Shown piece after piece: positions 26,890 to 38,507 of a DNA stretch of 64,000 nt. Below the pieces are notes generated by a model. The model was not told the DNA's origin. It was given only the letters and a program-made list of their open reading frames with translations, and made no database searches. The first letter of the stretch is position 1. Every line of letters starts with the position of its first letter. The stretch spans positions 102,424,001 to 102,488,000 of the forward strand of contig OX597823.1 in assembly GCA_951406725.2 (NCBI GenBank). The letters are read 5' to 3'. Both the position numbers and the translations under genes were made by a program. Source of the stretch: Octopus vulgaris. Its lineage: Eukaryota.

Positions 26890-27355
26890 CTAAGAGGAGG
26901 GGGCTGTGTTGAGTCCGTGTGGGGTTAGAGTCTGTAGAAGGAATATGAGCCGTTGCTCCAAGTGAAGCCTAGATTGTGGAGAGCCGTTGTGTGGGACAAG
27001 ACCAAACACCGAGATGTCATCAGGGGAATGGCTGGCCGAGCAGTAGTGACGTGTAACGGGAGAATTGGAAAGTAGACGAACATCCCTCAGATGTTCGGCG
27101 AATCGGTCTGACAACCGGCGTCCCGTCTGTCCTATATACAGCATTCTGCAGCGGTTGCATTTAATGCAGTATATGAGTCCAGACGAGGTGCACGTAAAAG
27201 AATGCCTGATACGTACAGTTCGCCGGTTGGAACCGGTGACAACAGTGGTGTTGGTGATGAAGGGGCAGGTGTTGCAGCGGGATCTGGAGCATGGGAAGGA
27301 TCCGAGTGGGGCCGAGGGGTAAGAAGGAAGGGTGCTACGGACCAGGAGGTCGCAT
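26890..27355 (-). pseudogene. GIY-YIG endonuclease domain with Cys-rich Zn motif (PLE ORF remnant)
   Basis: LIY...YIG, catalytic R (DRFAEH), E (HLEQ) and GLN motifs; upstream C-x4-C-x2-C typical of Neptune PLEs. Confidence 0.9.
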
Positions 27356-27549
27356 GTATGTATGTGTGTGTGGTATCCAGAAGATCCAAAAGGCAGGTAA
27401 GGCTATGTAACGCGGGTCGTGTGTGAGCGTGTACAGGATGGAATATCTTTTATATTCCTGAAACAGCTGTAAGACTACCTTTCTCCTTATAAAATGTCCT
27501 AGAAATTTCACACTGCCTTGGATTTGTTGACTCATTTTATTTGACCTAT

Positions 27550-27740
27550 GTGCGTGTCGATTCTTTTTCACTCTCTTCTTTTTCTCTTGGACTTTCATCT
27601 GTCTCCCGTTTCTCAAGAAGAGCTTTGCTCGAAACGTAGAACTGCCCTTCTTTCCTTCCCTGAGTGTCTGTTAATACTTTGCATGTACCACGTCCTCGCG
27701 TTGTTGTTTTTGTGTTTTTCTTCGTTTTTTTTTAAAATTT
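27550..27740 (+). mobile_element. PLE-tail remnant with degenerate HHR (27608-27642)
   Basis: gttt-CTCAAGA-a-gagc-ttt-gctc-GAAAC-GTA-gaac. Downstream ctgagtgtc...ccacgtcctcgcgttg is homologous to the 24120-24300 tail; near-identical partial copy at 33196-33305. Confidence 0.65.
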
Positions 27741-27742
27741 TA

Positions 27743-27779
<37 letters not shown>

Positions 27780-30766
27780 ACGACGGGCTTCCATCTACCA
27801 AATTCACTCCCTAGGATTGGTCGGTCCGAGGCTAGAAGAAGAAGGTACAGCACTCGGAGACTGAACTCCAAACCTCGTGGTTACGAAGCGAACTTCTTAC
27901 CCTCACAGCTATGCCTGCGCCTTTAACAATGATAAAATAAAACGTACAAATAATCCAGCTGCAACCAAGCTGTGTTTTTCTGTTTGCTAAATTGTGACTG
28001 AAACCAATAAAGAATTAAATTCACACACGTCACAGAAATGCAACCGTAGTCATTGTAAATATATTCACCGCCATGTTATCTGGTGCAATTAACAAATGGA
28101 TCTTGAAGTCACTTTTAAACTGTTAGTAACTCTCCGACTAATAAGAAAGCGTGTTCTTTCTTAAGTTAAAAGGAGAGAGAGAGAAAAAAAAGAAAGACAT
28201 TACTGGGTTATAGTTAACTTCTAAACAATATTAAACATTCTTAAGTCGGCCATTTCCTTTATGCTCACTCACTCATCTTGTATCTACTAAGCTAATTACT
28301 CCGTCTTGCACGAAGTACATTCATTTAAAAACACTGACGTCATTCAAACAATTGTGTTTGCAATTATGTCACAATCGACATAGTTTTGTAGCAAGGTTCT
28401 CGCCTCAAGCATCTAATTTTACACATAGTTACCACTTAGCAACATTTTGGTTTCTATTTAAAGGTGAGACAGCAGACACTTGACTAAATAGTAAGAACAG
28501 CAACTATTAATTGTCTCGATTTCCAGTGTTACACAACATTGTTGTAAATCCTTTACAGCCATGAACAGTAAGTTTGTCATCTTCTGGCGAAATGAATAAT
28601 TATGTAATGTTATTTTTAAAAATGACAAAGGAGGGGTGGGGTGAAATACACAGAAACGCCATCTGCGTGATAAATAAAGTAGGGGCTAGCCTAATGAAGC
28701 GAACTACGTGATTTTACGCTTGTAGTGAGGAGGGAAAAGCCATGATCTTTATTAAATTTTGTCAAGAAAGAGAAGGGAGACAACTTCGTAGTTTAACATT
28801 GAACGCAAATGTCGAGCGGCAGTTTTTCGGGCACTTTACGTTCTGAATTAAAATTCCGCCGAGGTCTACTTTGCCTTTAAAATAAGTGTCAGTTGAGCAG
28901 CAGAGTCGATGTAATAGACAAGCCCCTCCTCTCATAATTACTCTCATAATTAGTCATGTATCAAAATTAGAAAGGATAGTACCTCCGAAAAGAAAGTTGA
29001 AATATTACTTAGTTTCGTTGCCGAATACTGTGTCTTTGAATTCGCCTATATCACATTCCCTTTAAACAAATCTTGGTTATTCCTCTCCCACTTGCTTAAC
29101 TAAATGCATCAAAAACTTGTAGAAGTGAAGATCAGGATTTTTATTTTCAGATAGAATATGAAGACACATTATGCGTACGAAGTGTTAACTGCCTCTTCCA
29201 ATCATGAAATTACCGAATATAAAACTACTAACTCCTGGGTCGTGAGTTCATGCCCGCTGCAAACGTTTATGTTTCATTCATTTTCATTCATTTTCATTCA
29301 GACTTAAATTTATGCATTTGCTCGACTTACAAAGATAGTAACCATATCTCTCTCAAAAAATAGAAGGAAGAACATTTTGATTTATGTAGTTCTAGGCATA
29401 TAAAAATACAGGACGGTCAAAGCTGGAACATCTCTGATCATAGGTATGCACGCGCAGAACTGATCTGGGGTTAAACATGTTCAGTTCATTTTGTTGTGAG
29501 GAAATAAATCTTTCACAAAGTGGCGGAGCGTGGGTTTAGGCCGATCACTGTGCTAACCAAAATGGCCTCTCTCTTCCTTACAAATAGCATACCTTTGACT
29601 GCAGCAAACATACTTATATAAAGTGGCTGTTCTGTGCAGTGTACACACTCGACCTTATACCACTAATAGACTAGCGTTCCATCCAATAGTTTCATAGTTT
29701 CTCATCACTTTAACACATATCTTTCTTTACATTTCGGCTCCATTTTGGAAATGGGTGTCGACTGGGACAACGATTGGAAGGTTGTTTGAGACAGAAAATC
29801 TATGAGATTGAAGCAAAAAGTCATGTTGTTTAATCATGTTTTATTTACAGGTCAGCCCATATAAATGCCCACGATCAAAGGCGTCCAATTAACGGTAGAC
29901 TTGAAAGTAAGTTTTGTGAATTTTCCCCCTAAATGATTCTGCCGGAGCTTCTAGAATTTTTGACTTAATGTTATAAAGGCTAGGATATTGAATTAACAAG
30001 AGATGCACGAAGCAGTGTTGATTGAAACAGACATGTACAATAATCTAATACGTTCGTGTGCACTTGGATGTGGAAAGATCTTCACTGCAGAGACTGTCTT
30101 GGGATAAATTTTCCTCTTACAGACAGTGTATGGCTGCTCCATGTGCCTCTAGTTAATTCCACTTTGACCAAGCTTTGCACACATCAGAAGACCAGTGCTT
30201 ATAGAAGAATATCTTTTTTATTTACATACGATGGCGAGCTAGCAGAATCGTTACCATACCAGGCAAAATGCTTGGAGGCATTTCTTCCGACTCTTTACAT
30301 TCTGAGTTCAAATACTACCGAGGTTGACTTTGCCTTTCATCCTTTCAGGGTCGATAAAATAAGTATCAATTGAGCAGTGGGGTCGATGTAATCTCTTTCC
30401 CAAAATCTCAGGTCTTGTGCCTTTAGTAGAAAGAAATATATATATTAATAGTTATCGCCATACTAATATGGCAATCTTATAAATATAAGACTAAAGCTGT
30501 CGATGATTAGCTCCAAGAGGCCACCGCCTCAAGCTAGCTATTTGACACACAATCTGCGTCCATTATAGACTTTCGAACAGGGGAGGTCAGCCGCTTCATC
30601 CTGCTAGTCAGACAGCTGCAGACGCGTTTCAGGGTAGTTGCCCTTTATCACTGCAGCGTAGTCAGACCCAGCTTTAGTCTTATATTACGTTATTGTTGAG
30701 TGGAGGTTGTGAGATCGAATGAGTTGGTGGAAGCGGTTGCGGCATTGAGGGATTTTTTTCTCAAAA

Positions 30767-32129
30767 ATGCAAACCCAAACGTATGCAGGAGCGGCAAGCA
30801 AGGACCTGGCTGCAAGCGAAATACAGTTGGAAGAAGTTACAATCGAGAAGGAGATTTTGAAGAATTATTTCGACAGCTTGAAAAGAGAAGGTGACTGTGT
30901 AAGGATCACACCACCTGAAGAAGAAGCTAAAGAAGCTGAAAAACGTATTATAACATACAGAACGTGGAATGTGGCTTCAAAGAAAATAGAATTGGCAGAA
31001 ATTGCGGAGATTGAGTGTTGTCTGCAGAGACTTTTTAAAATGGACGACCACTGTTGCATATTTTCTACCTCTGTTATAGAAGGTAGGTACCTTCTATAAC
31101 AGAGGTAGAAAATATGCAACAGTGGTCGTCCATTTTAAAAACGAAGAAGAAGCGAAGAAGAACGCTACGCAAATATTGAAAACAGAAAAATTGATGTTAT
31201 TACCAAGTTATCGTGGGAAAAGAGCAGTTAGAATACGAATCAGTAAGATTTCGCCAGAGCTGAACATGGAAAGAATTTTAGCAGCAGTGGTATTCAACTG
31301 CAAAGAAAGCGTTGAAATATTAAATGTTAAAAAATCAAAAGATGTACAGTGGTGGGGTTATGCAGTGCAGGTTTTGATTCATATAACCATACCTGATCTG
31401 TATAAAATCCCAGAGGAGTTGTTGTTCCCCGACGAGACTCCACTCAGAGGCGTGGTGGAGGGGAGACCACCCGTGTGCTACAAGTGTAAAATTAGAGGCC
31501 ACATGAAAGATGTGTGTCCGACTAGAACATTGAACACTCGGACAGAGATAGTGCAAATGGAGAATGTAGAATGTGTAAACACAGAAAATGTGGAAAGTGG
31601 TGACGAGTTGGAGAAAGAAAAGGAAAAAACAGAAGTCAAAGAAGATAGAAAAAGAGCGAGGGTGGAATCACCACCTAAAGTTCAAAAAAAGAAAAAAACG
31701 AAAAATAAGACTACAGACGAGAAGGATGATAGTATGTGCGAAGATAAGAATATAAAAGAGACAGAGAGAGAACCGGAAAGTTTAACGGTAGACCAAAAAT
31801 GGAAAAGAAGAGCGGCAGAGAAGTTAAAAGTATGCAAAGAAGGAAGAAGACCCGAAGGAAAAAATCTTAAGGTAGTAATATTGTATATGAAAGACAAAGA
31901 AATCGAAAAAAGACTGGCAGGTAAGAAAGGTTTAATCAGAGTTAGGCTAAACCCAGAAATGTTTGATGATCGAGTGAAGTCGGCGGTGATAGATAAAGAG
32001 ACATTTTTAGAATTGAAAAGTGTGTTTTCAACTGTTTGTGCAATGCAATATATCCGTTACGACAGTTTGCCTGCAATAATAGATCAGAAGGATTTGATAA
32101 AATACATTACAGATGAACGCCCAGTATAA
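30767..32129 (+). pseudogene. Tx1/L1-like ORF1 (gag-like, CCHC zinc knuckle), split into two frames by an inverted duplication
   Basis: PSYRGKRAVRIRISKISPE and VVEGRPPVCYKCKIRGHMKDVC, homologous to the ORF1s at 22426-23650 and 48610-50140; frame change at the 31032-31141 hairpin. Confidence 0.85.
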
Positions 32130-32334
32130 CAAAACTGTATTTTAAATGAAATTACGAGTTTTGGGGGGCTCGTAAACATTCTATATAATTCATTATATAT
32201 AATTCATTTTCATATCATATTTTTATTTTTAAATTTATGTACCCCACGTCCTGTTTTTGTAATGTCCTCTAAATTCGGGCCATCGTGCCTATAATAAAGA
32301 TAGTAGTAGCGACACCTGCTGGGTCTGACTACGT

Positions 32335-32373
32335 TGCATTGATAAAGGGCAACTACCCTGAAACGCGTCTGCA
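32335..32373 (+). ncRNA. Minimal type I HHR, U3:A8 variant (mirror copy on - strand at ~30617-30655)
   Basis: tgca-TTGATAA-aggg-caacta-ccct-GAAAC-gc-GTC-tgca. Confidence 0.65.
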
Positions 32374-32647
32374 GATGTCTGACTAGCAGGATGAAGCGGC
32401 TGACCTCCCCTGTTCGAAAGTTCATAATGGACGCAGATTGTGTGTCAAATAGCTAGCTTGAGGCGGTGGCCTCTTGGAGCTAATCATCGACAGCTTTAGT
32501 CTTATATTTATAAGATTGCCATATTAGTATGGCGATAACTATTAATTTCCAGTAACGCTGCCGTAATCTCTTTTATAGAGACTTAGTAATTTTAATATTT
32601 CTATTAAATATATATATATATATTTAACAGCAGTAAGAGATCTTATA

Positions 32648-32810
32648 TATCAGGCTGAGTAAAAAAGTAAGCAACGTTTTGAAACATGAAATTCATCACA
32701 ATATATTTCAACAATGCGGCGGAAATTTTATTCATCAAAGTAAGTACCATTACAATCAACACATTTTTGCCAACGAGTTACAAGTTTGTTTATTCCGGTA
32801 ACATAAAAAA
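32648..32810 (-). mobile_element. Mariner terminal fragment (paralog of 36650-36812)
   Basis: tatcaggctgagtaaaaaagtaagcaacgttttgaaacatg shared with 36650. Confidence 0.75.
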
Positions 32811-33041
32811 ACAACCTCAGGTGCTACACAGAGTTCTGTAAGTACATTTTATGATGAAGTGTTCTCGATTTTTCCTACCTATGTTCTCTTTAATAATCAC
32901 ATACAGTTTTCATATAAATAACTAAAATATTTTATGCAATGAGGCCGTCACATTCACTATTTCATATACGCTGTTTTACTGAAACGATTGAAGCACATAT
33001 ATAAACGCAAATGTCCCAGATAATAGAAAATGGAAACGTAA

Positions 33042-33535
33042 GCGCAGGCGTGGCTGTGTGATAAGAATCTTGCTTCCCAGCCACATGGTTCCGGTTTCAG
33101 TCCCACTATAGCCTCGGGCCGACAAAAGTCTTGTGAGTGGATTTGGAAGACGGAAACTGAAAGAACCCCATCGTACATATGTATGTATATGTATGTGCTC
33201 GAAACGTAAAACTGCCCTTCTTTCCTTCCCTGAGTGTCTGTTAATACTTTGCATGTACCACGTCCTCGCGTTGTATTTTTGTGTGTTTTTCTTCGTTTTT
33301 TTTATTATTAATTATATATGTGTTTGTCCTCCACCGTCACTTGACAACCGGTGCTGATGTGTGTGCATCCCCGTAACTTAACGGTTCAGCAAAAGAGTCC
33401 TAACAGAATAAGTACCAGGCTTAAAAGAAATAAAATAAAATACTGGGATCGATTCATTCGGCTAAAAATTCTTCAAGGCGGTGCCCCAGCATGGCCACAG
33501 TCCAATGACTGAAACAAGTAAAAGAATAAAAGATA
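33042..33535 (+). mobile_element. SINE family A interrupted by a PLE-tail fragment (33196-33305) in its internal microsatellite
   Basis: SINE head and tail flank a copy of 27626-27730. Confidence 0.75.
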
Positions 33536-34004
33536 TAAAAAAATCGTGTGGTCATTCTCACCTTTCCATGCAGCCTTCCCATTATTGTGTTCTACCAAGG
33601 ACGAATAATGACTAAGACCTATTACAATGATGACTACCACTAAAAATGTGTCTGGGAAAGTTTGATTAACATAACACTCGTTATTTCTGAGTAAACATCT
33701 GACGTAATCTGGTCGAGAGCGGAAAAGACGGAGAAAAGAAAGCAAAACAGTTAAAATTCAATATTTAACAAAAGCATTTTTTAGGAAATTCATTTGGCAA
33801 TGGCGGCATAGGTGTTGTGGCTGAGAAGCTTATTTTGCGATTGCGTGGTTTTGTATTCAGCCCCATTCCGCAACCCTTTCGGGCAAGCGCCTTCTGTTAT
33901 TGCCCCGGGCCAACCGATGCTTTGGTGAGTGGATCTGAAAACGGAAACAGTGCGGAAGTCCGTCGTGTGTGTGTGGGGGGGGTATGAGCGTGTGTGTGTG
34001 TGTA

Positions 34005-34851
34005 GGAGCAACGAAGCTAAAGCACACAGACTGAAGCCGCTTGGCACAGATTGACCTTGAACTCTGTTGTGCATGCGTACTAAGTTTTAATGTTCTAGCT
34101 CACTTCCGCTATTTACAGCAGTGCTTTGAAGGAATGTATTTAGCGTGTGATCGTCGCAATTACTAACATAGAGAAAGTTGAGCATAGAATCTACATCATA
34201 TTTTGACAAAAGCTTGGCGATACCTGCTCAGAGGCCTATGTAAAGTTTCCAAAAAGTTTTCATCGTTCTCGACACAATCAAGGAGATCTTGTGCAACTGA
34301 AACCCGAGTGTCCTTTTGGTCAGCTGAAAGCGGTTTTGGCACAAACTTAGCAGACATGCGTCCCATACCCAAATCTTCAGCAATGATGGACTGAACTGAG
34401 CCGTAACTAATCTGCACAATCTCTAATAACACATGGATGGTGATTTGACGATTCTCCTCAAAGTTGCACGCACATCTGCGATGTTTTTCTTGGTTCTGTT
34501 GGTTGAGGGTCTCCCTGAACATTCGTCAATATTAACATCTTTTCAGCCATATTGGAAACGTTTGAACCACTCGTACACTTATGTGCGGCTCATACACTCC
34601 TCACCATACACTTTCTGCAGCTTTGCGTAGGCGTCTGAGCAGACAACTTTCTCACAACTTTCTCTGTCATGGTCAATGCGATGATCACACGCTACACACT
34701 TTCCTTCCAAGCACTGCTGTAAACAGCGGAAGTGAGCTAGAATGCATGCACAGCAGAGTTCAAGGTCAATCTTTGCCAAGTGGTTTCACTCTGTGTGCTT
34801 TAGCTTCGTTACTATAACAACAGTCCGGATACTTATTGGTCAGATCTCGTA
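34005..34851 (-). mobile_element. Mariner derivative made of two inverted 5' ends
   Basis: Transposase N-terminal peptides (AYAKLQKVYGEECMSRT; IAEDLGMGRMSAKFVPKPLS). 34005-34250 is an inverted homolog of 34615-34812; TIR tacgagatctgaccaataagtatccggactg on - strand. Confidence 0.8.
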
Positions 34852-35182
34852 TGAACTAAGAGGTCAACATGTAATCTTTTATTGTATATCTTTTTCCTTG
34901 GTGATATTGTGTTCGTATCTTATAAATGCATATTTAAAGCATAACTTTGTAATTTATTTAATGAGCACAATTGATACAGCTGTAGGGAGTATGAAATATC
35001 AATTTCTTCATAAATAATTATTAACTTTTAACACTCCATTTTCTTTTCTATTAACTGAATACCGATTATATGCAAAATGCATACCTATTGATTTAGGGAA
35101 ATTTTATTTCTCAAAAATATTAGGTACAGAAGCAGTGCTTTCTTGGATGTAATCATCCCTTTAAGAGGTTGATATACCCTCT

Positions 35183-35707
<525 letters not shown>

Positions 35708-36649
35708 ATATAAAATATAAAATGTTCGTTCGACTAAAATCATTCAAGGTGGTGCCCCAGCATGACCGAAACAAGTAAAAAATGTTTAGTAATCTACTTG
35801 ATGAAAGAAAACGAAAATAAAAAACGATTATTGCACGCAACGAAGTTCTTTTTCTCCCCCCCCCCCAAATATCCCTTTTTGTTAGAAGGAAGAGGAAAAA
35901 CTGTTCAAGTAAAATAATTTTCTATTCACTATAAACAAACACTGAAGGTCAGACTACAATTTTCGGAAGAGTCTTTACATTTGAGAAGCAATATTTAAAA
36001 TGTATTTCAGACTGGATTGCGTTTGTCTGCAGACGTCATCATATCTGCAACCAGTTTACACTTGATTACTGCTCTTTTGTTGTGAGCGAAAACAAAGACA
36101 ACCAGAATGGTTCTTAAACTAAAATACATAAAACTATTATGGACGCCTTATTACTATTATTATTATGCTTTAGGTTAAGGTGGAGATCTGGCAGGATCAT
36201 TAGCACGCCAGACAGAATACTTAATGGCATTTCTTCCGGCTTTACGTTCTAAGTTTGAATATCGCCCAAGTCAACTACTTTTTGTCGTTTCCGAGTCGAT
36301 TAAATAAATACCAGTCATATACTGGGGTTGATGAAACCGACTTCCCCTTTCCGAAAATTTCAGGCCTTGTGCCTATAGTAGAAATTTTTTTTTTATCTAC
36401 ATACGACGGCGAGCTAGCAGAATCGTTACCATACCGGGCAAAATGCTTGGAGGCATTTCTTCCGACTCTTTACATTCTGAGTTCAAATTCTACCGAGGTT
36501 GACTTTGCCTTTCATCCTTTCGGGATCGATAAAATAAGTATCAATTGAGCAGTGGGGTCGATGTAATCTCTTTTCCAAAATCTCAGGTCTTGTGCTTTTA
36601 GTAGAAAGAAATATATATATTTTTTTTAACAGCAGTAAAATATCTTATA

Positions 36650-37000
36650 TATCAGGCTGAGTAAAAAATTAAGCAACGTTTTGAAACATGAAATTCATCA
36701 CAATATATTTTGGCAATGCAGAAATTTTATTCATCAAAGTAAGTACCATTATACGACCAACACATTTTTGCCAATGAATTACAAGTTTTTTTATTCCGGT
36801 AACATAAAAATCTGGAGTTCTGGAGCTGATGAACTCTTTGAACGCACTTTCAGCATCGGTTTGATTTTTGAACTCCTCTCGCAGGAAACCATCAAGGTGC
36901 TTGAAAACGTGGTAGTCGGTAGGAGAAAGGTCAGGAGAATAATTTTGGTGGGGAAGAAATTCGTAGCCAAGTGTACAACAAGGCGTGAATTTGGATACTT
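36650..37000 (-). mobile_element. Mariner (DD34D) 3' fragment
   Basis: YSPDLSPTDYHVFKHLDGFL...GIKKLVIHWQKCV followed by a TIR and TA. Confidence 0.88.
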
Positions 37001-37389
37001 GAACTAAAATTTGGATCCTTGAAAGCCTGGCTAAACTCGCCAAGTTGATGATGATGAACATTTCACAAAATTCCTCCACAAAATTACTTGATCCACTGGT
37101 CTATGAAATGGCTTAAGTATTCTCGTCAGCACTCCAATATTTCTTAGTCATTCAATAGAGATGTGCTACCTGATGACTTGTTCTTGTGTCATGGTACAAT
37201 TCCTGGGGCCGTAGAGTGTCTTTATTGCATCATAGAAGCTGTATATGTCAAGTCTGACTGCATGCATCTAGATTTCTTGAGCTTTTGAAATTAATATTTT
37301 TTTTCGGTATAGGAAGTGAGGAGTGAGCCTTACACCAAAGAACTGACGAACCCTTTTTTAGCGCGATTTCTACAGCTACTCTGTTGTCT

Positions 37390-37700
37390 AGGCGGTTCCC
37401 AACGTTTTTCTGCACCACAGACCAGTTTCATGCGAGACAATTTTTGTACGAACAAAAGCATCATGCACATAACAACGTACAATAAAGTGTATAATATATA
37501 TAATACATACGTAATGCAAAAACATTTGTACACTGCGATACCCAATAAAATACAAATGAAATATAAAATTTGTTCTTTCCGTGTAGTCCAGCACCAAATG
37601 ATTCACGCCCAATGCTTGGGTCCCTCTGGTCAAGTATATGTCATTCGGGGGTATGTTGTGTTGGAATTCTCATTGAACCACTCTTCCTGTCTCTTTTTCT
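37390..37700 (+). mobile_element. hAT-type terminal fragment
   Basis: gcggttcccaacgtttttctgcaccacagaccagtttcat resembles hAT/Charlie MITE termini. Confidence 0.4.
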
Positions 37701-37912
37701 TCTTCTTCTTAAATTTGATGGTTTCAGAGACAGTATCATACTATATACAACCATTTGTCATCCATGTCATCTCCCAAAGTTTTAAGTGTTTCTGAAGTTT
37801 TAACTTTAATATTTAAAGAGTGACAAACGTCTTTACAAATATCGGGTCACTTGATGTTTAGTGCTATTAAAAGCCGTAAGGAGCACACTTACAATCTGAT
37901 TTTTCTTAGTAT

Positions 37913-38507
37913 TGTAACGAACTTAGTGTGAATATATACTCTTGTACTTTCGGGGTACAAGAAAGCAATCACTAGCCGTTGCTTTAATAATCCAGAATTC
38001 TGCCAGTCAGAAACAACAAGACGCAGACGTAAAAGATATATATACTACTTTATTCTCTAATGTGGTAACAGTAACAATAAGTGGTTATCTGGTGTCCTTG
38101 GTTCTGGGCGCGCAAGGCTGAAAGTTAATCGATTGTAATATTTACAATGTTCAGCCGCTAAAACAGAACGGGTTAAAGATGGCGTCCGTCATTATGTTGA
38201 TGTGGTCGGCAACAATTTGGTGAAAACCTTCAGCCGACTGCTATCAGAGCTGGACAGCGAGAAAATATACGTCCGTCGCCTTCGGTCGCTGCTGTCCCAA
38301 GTCGTTGGCTGCTGCTGCTAGCGGTCAAACGTTCTACGACCCCCTTGCCTTGGCTAACTACCACGTAGGCAAAAGGGTCGTGCTTCCGGTGGTTCGCGCA
38401 TGCGCGAGAGGGACCTTCCTTTCTGTGCCTTGGTGAAGGCACCAACACTCGCACGCGCGAAATAGAAAATGGACGGTGCGCGCGCGCGCACCGTTAGGAT
38501 CACTACA
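37913..38507 (-). mobile_element. Solo LTR (Gypsy-like) with 4-bp TSD GTAT
   Basis: gtat|TGTAAC ... ACTACA|gtat; AATAAA on - strand at ~38048; CpG-rich interior. Confidence 0.75.

Larger units (their letters stand above)
24120..27355 (-). mobile_element. 5'-truncated Penelope-like element (Neptune-type): GIY-YIG EN, microsatellite-filled 3' region, HHR tail
   Basis: Frame 27355->26890 reads DLLVRS...GSFPCSRSRCNTCPFI...HSFTCTSSGLIYCIKCNRCRMLYIGQTGRRLSDRFAEH...LEQRLIFLLQTLTPHGLN. HHR at 24229-24263; ends at (TA)n. Confidence 0.8.
30444..32607 (+). mobile_element. Composite insertion: 229-bp HHR-bearing inverted repeats enclosing a LINE ORF1-only cassette
   Basis: IR 30444-30672 / 32318-32546 (~5 mismatches by eye); ORF1 30767-32129; AATAAA at ~32293; inserted in (TA)n; paralogous empty site at ~36611-36625. 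Confidence 0.8.

Noticed and set aside
24682-26890. Long ORFs (up to 351 aa) of CVCV/YVCM/THTH; also YIYI ORFs at 13.5-14, 16.7-17 and 35.2 kb
   Set aside because: Translations of dinucleotide/tetranucleotide microsatellites that lack stop codons.
30444-32546. Reading the 229-bp inverted repeats as DNA-transposon TIRs
   Set aside because: No transposase; the right repeat continues ~60 nt into an unpaired tail and the repeats contain HHR motifs, which fits PLE inverted pLTRs better.
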